64,000 nucleotides of DNA from Octopus sinensis (taxonomy: Eukaryota): contig NC_043004.1 in the NCBI RefSeq assembly GCF_006345805.1, positions 5,890,001 through 5,954,000 of the forward strand, given 5' to 3'. Made by a program: the position numbers and the translations under genes. The notes under the pieces are model-generated. The model did not search any database, was not told the origin of the DNA, and saw nothing but the letters and a program-made list of their open reading frames with translations. Positions 59,872-64,000 of the stretch are shown piece by piece (the first letter of the stretch is position 1; every line of letters starts with the position of its first letter).

Positions 59872-61351
59872 ATATATACATACACGTGTGTGTGTGTGTG
59901 CGCGCATTTGAAGAAAGTCTTTTTTAACAATGTGAAAATCTTAAAAAAACAGAACGACACGAACTTTTTGGAAATAAGGTTGTTTCCAGATGAGTGGTGT
60001 GTGTTTGAAAATGACAGAAGATCCAGCTATTCTTCTGGTCTTGAATTTTAAAATGGTGTTCTAACTGTTGCTTCCATTGCATTAAAATCTTTCATAGCTT
60101 TTGTTGAGACGTGAGTCTCTTTTAATACCGCTAGGACAAAATCAATACACATATAAGACATATAAAGAAAGCAGTCTTGTACTTCAGATGTTAATTCAAC
60201 TTCATAGGCTAATGAGTTCTTACGGTGCTTTCACTTATATAACCTACCCAAATATGCATTCTAAAGACTAATCCTTTTTTTTTAAGCCTAGAAAATAATT
60301 CATCTGTGATCAACGATGTGCATTGGTGTATGTAGTATAATACAGCTGCTATACATCCAAACATCATAGATTACATTAAAAAAACTTTAACTAGGAAACA
60401 CACTACAACCACTTGTTCCTAGACATGCGGCATTTGTTCAAACTTTTCATCACTATGACAATGACCGTGTCGCTGATATTTAGGGCTTCGACTCACTCGA
60501 CTCTCGGCATCCCAAATGTTCCCCACGTTTCCAGATCTCCCTCTAAAAACTTTCTCCAGTCAAAATCACTCCAGTGATGCAATCGTCTGCAATTCCCTAT
60601 TTTTAGACTTCAAACTGCGTGATCTTGAATTGAGAATTAACTGCATTGATCGAAGATTTGCAAACGCATGGCGTTTCTGTCATCTCTCAAGGTCAACTAC
60701 TTACAAGAAAGAAAAACTGTCACCATAAATAAACTGCTGTTGCACACACAGAGGCATCTGTTTCAGGAAAAAGTCTTGCAACCGAACACTTTTCACTTTT
60801 ATGCTATAATTCTACTGAATTTTGCCAACATAAAACATAGTTACCAACAGTCTTTTTCCCAAGAATTTGCTTTTGATTGTGTTTTTTTTTTTTCTTTTTT
60901 TCTTTTTGTGTGTGTTTCCTAGTTTGATGAATCGAATCACCTTTGTGAGAAGGAGTGTGACAACGATGAAGTGTCAGGTTAGCTGCAGAAAATGATGGAG
61001 AACAAGATAAAGTTTCAGTTAAATGACATGCGACGGTGTGGGCGGAAGAAAGCCTTGTGAATATTAGATTAAAGCATTGCATTGCTTTATGAGAAGATTG
61101 TGTTAAAAGAAAAGGGTTTTTTCCCCTTCTTATTGCGCTTAGCTTAAAAACGTAAATAACAAACATAGATGCATACTTACGCATATATTCTTTTATTCTT
61201 TTACGTTTCAGCCATAAGGCTGTGACCATGCTGGAGCACCGCCACTGTAATCACCCCTTCAACGCCTAATTTTATGTGATAGGCTTTTGTTGGAGGAAAT
61301 CCAACACTGCTGCCCTCTTTTGAGTCTCCTGCCTTTATATATATATACTCG

Positions 61352-61751
61352 TTTACTCTTTTACTTGTTTCAGTCATTTGACTGCGGCCATGCTGGAGCA
61401 CCGCCTTTTAGTCGATCAAATCGACCCCGGGACTTATTCTTTGTAAGCCCAGTACTTATTCTATCGGTCTCTTTTGCCGAACCGCTAAGTGACGGGGAAG
61501 TAAACACACCAGCATCGGTTGTCAAGCAATGCTAGGGGGACAAACACAGACACACAAACACACACACACATATATACATATATATACGACAGGCTTCTTT
61601 CAGTTTCCGTCTACCAAATCCACTCACAAGGCATTGGTCGGCCCGAGGCTATAGCAGAAGACACTTGCCCAAGATGCCACGCAGTGGGACTGAACCCGGA
61701 ACCATGTGGATGGTTAGCAAGCTACTTACCACACAGCCACTTCTGCGCGCC
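61352..61751 (-). mobile_element. SINE family A, full length
   Basis: Continuous match to 19178-19558. Confidence 0.95.
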
Positions 61752-61780
61752 TATATATATAATATATATATATATATATA

Positions 61781-61985
61781 CGAGGGGGAGCTGAAAGATG
61801 TGAAAAGTTCCTGGCTTTAAGGGTGTCGCGAAAGGCCTGCCTGGTGACCCAACCTTCCGAGTTCTTTTACAGGGCTGCAGTAAGTGTGTGAATGTGAGAG
61901 AGGAATATGTCGAATAAGATCATAATCATCTGCCCCTCCTGTATTTTCTTTTACCCAAAACCAAGAACTTTTCAGCCTACTTTCG
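61781..61985 (+). mobile_element. Mariner-derived MITE
   Basis: TA|CGAGGGGGAGCTGAAA...AGTTCCTGG and CCAAGAACTTTTCAGCCTACTTTCG. Confidence 0.75.
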
Positions 61986-62419
61986 TCTCTCTCTCTATGT
62001 ATATGTATGTATGTGTATGGTGTGGTGTGGTGTGGTGTGTGTGTGTGTGTGTGTGTGTAAGGACAAGCAAATTAGGCAAGTCGATATACAAAAAATATTA
62101 AATACATTTTATACAAAAATGTACATATGTATATATATATATAAAGTCCGACTTATACAGAATGGAAATAATATCAGGAATTAAGGGGGTTGAGTAGGAG
62201 TTTTATGAGTCCGACAGCTGTTTCTGGGGGCTTGGTGGTCCAAAATAATGCCTGTAACTTGATTCCATCATCAGATATGCGTCTTCAGAAAAAATTTTTA
62301 TATTTGAGGTGTTGACAGAATGTAAAATTCTTCCTCGAAGACGGAGGCTGGCGGTATTAGCTTTCATAAGCATTGTCAGTGCAAACCTGCTTTTGACATG
62401 TGACAGCAATAGTTTATCG

Positions 62420-62626
62420 TTTACCTGTTTCAATCATTGGGCAGCGACCAAACTGCGGCAGCGTCTTGATGGGTTTAACCAAACCACTCAGTCCCACTAC
62501 ATATTTTTAAGCTTGGTACTTAATTCTGTGAATTTCTTTCGCCGAACCGCTAAGTTACGGGAGTGTAAACAGACCAACACCGCTTGTCAAATAGTGGTTG
62601 GAGATAAACACAAGCACAAGGACACA

Positions 62627-62677
<51 letters not shown>

Positions 62678-62678
62678 T

Positions 62679-62731
<53 letters not shown>

Positions 62732-62890
62732 TCTTACGAAAGGCTTCCAAACAGTTTCCGTCCAGCAACTTCTCTTACAAGGCGTTGGTCAGCCAAGTGC
62801 TATAGTGGAAGATACTTGCCCAAGGTGCCGCGGCGTGGAAATGAACCCAAAACTACGTACTTGCAAATCAGCTTCTTAATTACACAGGCC
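62420..62890 (-). mobile_element. SINE family A, diverged
   Basis: GCCGAACCGCTAAGTTACGGG...TACTTGCCCAAGGTGCCGCGG. Confidence 0.85.
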
Positions 62891-63364
62891 ATATTAATTT
62901 ACGTAAGTTATAAAACTAAATGAGTTTAAAGAAATAACTCAAGTGGGCCAGTTGCATAAATTCAGATAAATAATCTAAGGGACGCTGCATTCAATGACGT
63001 ACACAGAAAATTCTTCAATCATTTGCTGTTGTAACTTTCCTCTTATTTAGGGAAAGAAAGAAGAACCTAACGGTAAATGTTGACCACTCTCAATGAAAAG
63101 GGGGAGATAATTTCGTTTGACACCATCTTCTATCATATTATACGGAAAACAGAGACATGCCAGAAAATGCATTATCAAGAATGCGAAAGGTTTCTAAAAA
63201 ACTTGAAATGGGAAGGTATATTACGAAATAGATATGTTTTGGTGGTCAGAGAACAATAATCTCAATTAGCGACCAACGGAGCCGACTAACAACCAGATAT
63301 ATTCAAAGGTGGAGGCATTGTTTATAAAGATAATAAATAGAGATAAACACTTAAGCGTGGACTT

Positions 63365-63765
63365 GGCTTTGCTGTGTGGGTAAGAAGTTCGCTTTCCAAC
63401 GTTGTGTCTTCTACTATAGCACCGAGACGACTAACGCCTTGGGAGTAAATTTGGTAGACAGAAACTGTGTGGAAGCCCATCGTACATGTGTGTGTATGTG
63501 CTTCCCATCACCGCTTGACAACCGGTGTTGGTATGTTTTTGTCCATGCTATTCAGAGTAATGTACCTTCTCGGATTCCCATTTCAATTTTCCTAGAAGCC
63601 TTTCGCAAATTATCGGTTCGGCAAAAGAGACATATAGAATAAGTACCAGGCTTTAAAGCAAGGATCGATTGGTTCGACTACACCCCCCACCCGCTCCAAA
63701 AAAAATGGATTCTTGGGTGGTGCCCCAGTATAGCGTAGTCCAATGACTGAAGCGAGTAAAAGATA
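63365..63765 (+). mobile_element. SINE family A, diverged with a deletion
   Basis: GCTGTGTGGGTAAGAAG...TTTGGTAGACAGAAACTG...GGTTCGGCAAAAGAGAC...GACTGAAGCGAGTAAAAG. Confidence 0.82.
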
Positions 63766-64000
63766 AAAGACCTCATTAAAAATTGATCTTAATTTGGAAA
63801 TTTATGGCGATGACTCATTATTTCGTTGATGGCTCAATTTCCATGCATTTGAAGTTTTCATGAGAGAAAACTCTGTTGTTTGGCTGACATTGTAGACCAA
63901 ATGATAACAAGTTTCTAATATGAGGGAATTGCATGATATAATTTGCCAGCTTTTACAAATTCTGTAGCATCTGCCTCGTTTCAACGAACTTGGTTTTCCT

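Noticed and set aside
62203-62433. 76-aa minus-strand ORF as a terminal exon
   Set aside because: It starts in SINE-adjacent sequence, has a weak acceptor and shows no recognisable motif.

Overview
AT-rich, repeat-saturated eukaryotic DNA with no recognisable host gene, rRNA, true tRNA or CRISPR array. The dominant tRNA-headed SINE families and the microsatellite load match my recollection of octopus (coleoid cephalopod) DNA; the taxon is an inference and was not searched. The window is a nested mosaic of transposons: an 806-aa CR1/L2-like LINE ORF plus deleted relatives, RTE, L1/Tx1 and Penelope fragments, a full-length dead mariner, a near-intact 2.9-kb hAT with perfect 8-bp TSDs, a second decayed hAT, a Helitron, a Helentron-type element, a probable solo LTR, many MITEs and dozens of SINE copies. 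Most short ORFs in the track are microsatellite read-through. The best leads are (i) minimal hammerhead-ribozyme motifs in a Penelope-like repeat, (ii) a GGATCT...AGATCT MITE family with 8-bp TSDs (Merlin-like), (iii) a filled/empty site pair showing a 16-bp TSD for a Tx1 insertion, (iv) a hAT broken only by two -2 frameshifts, (v) a three-copy ~518-bp tandem array joined through (CA)n, and (vi) weak minus-strand exon candidates. SINE and LINE-fragment boundaries are approximate.
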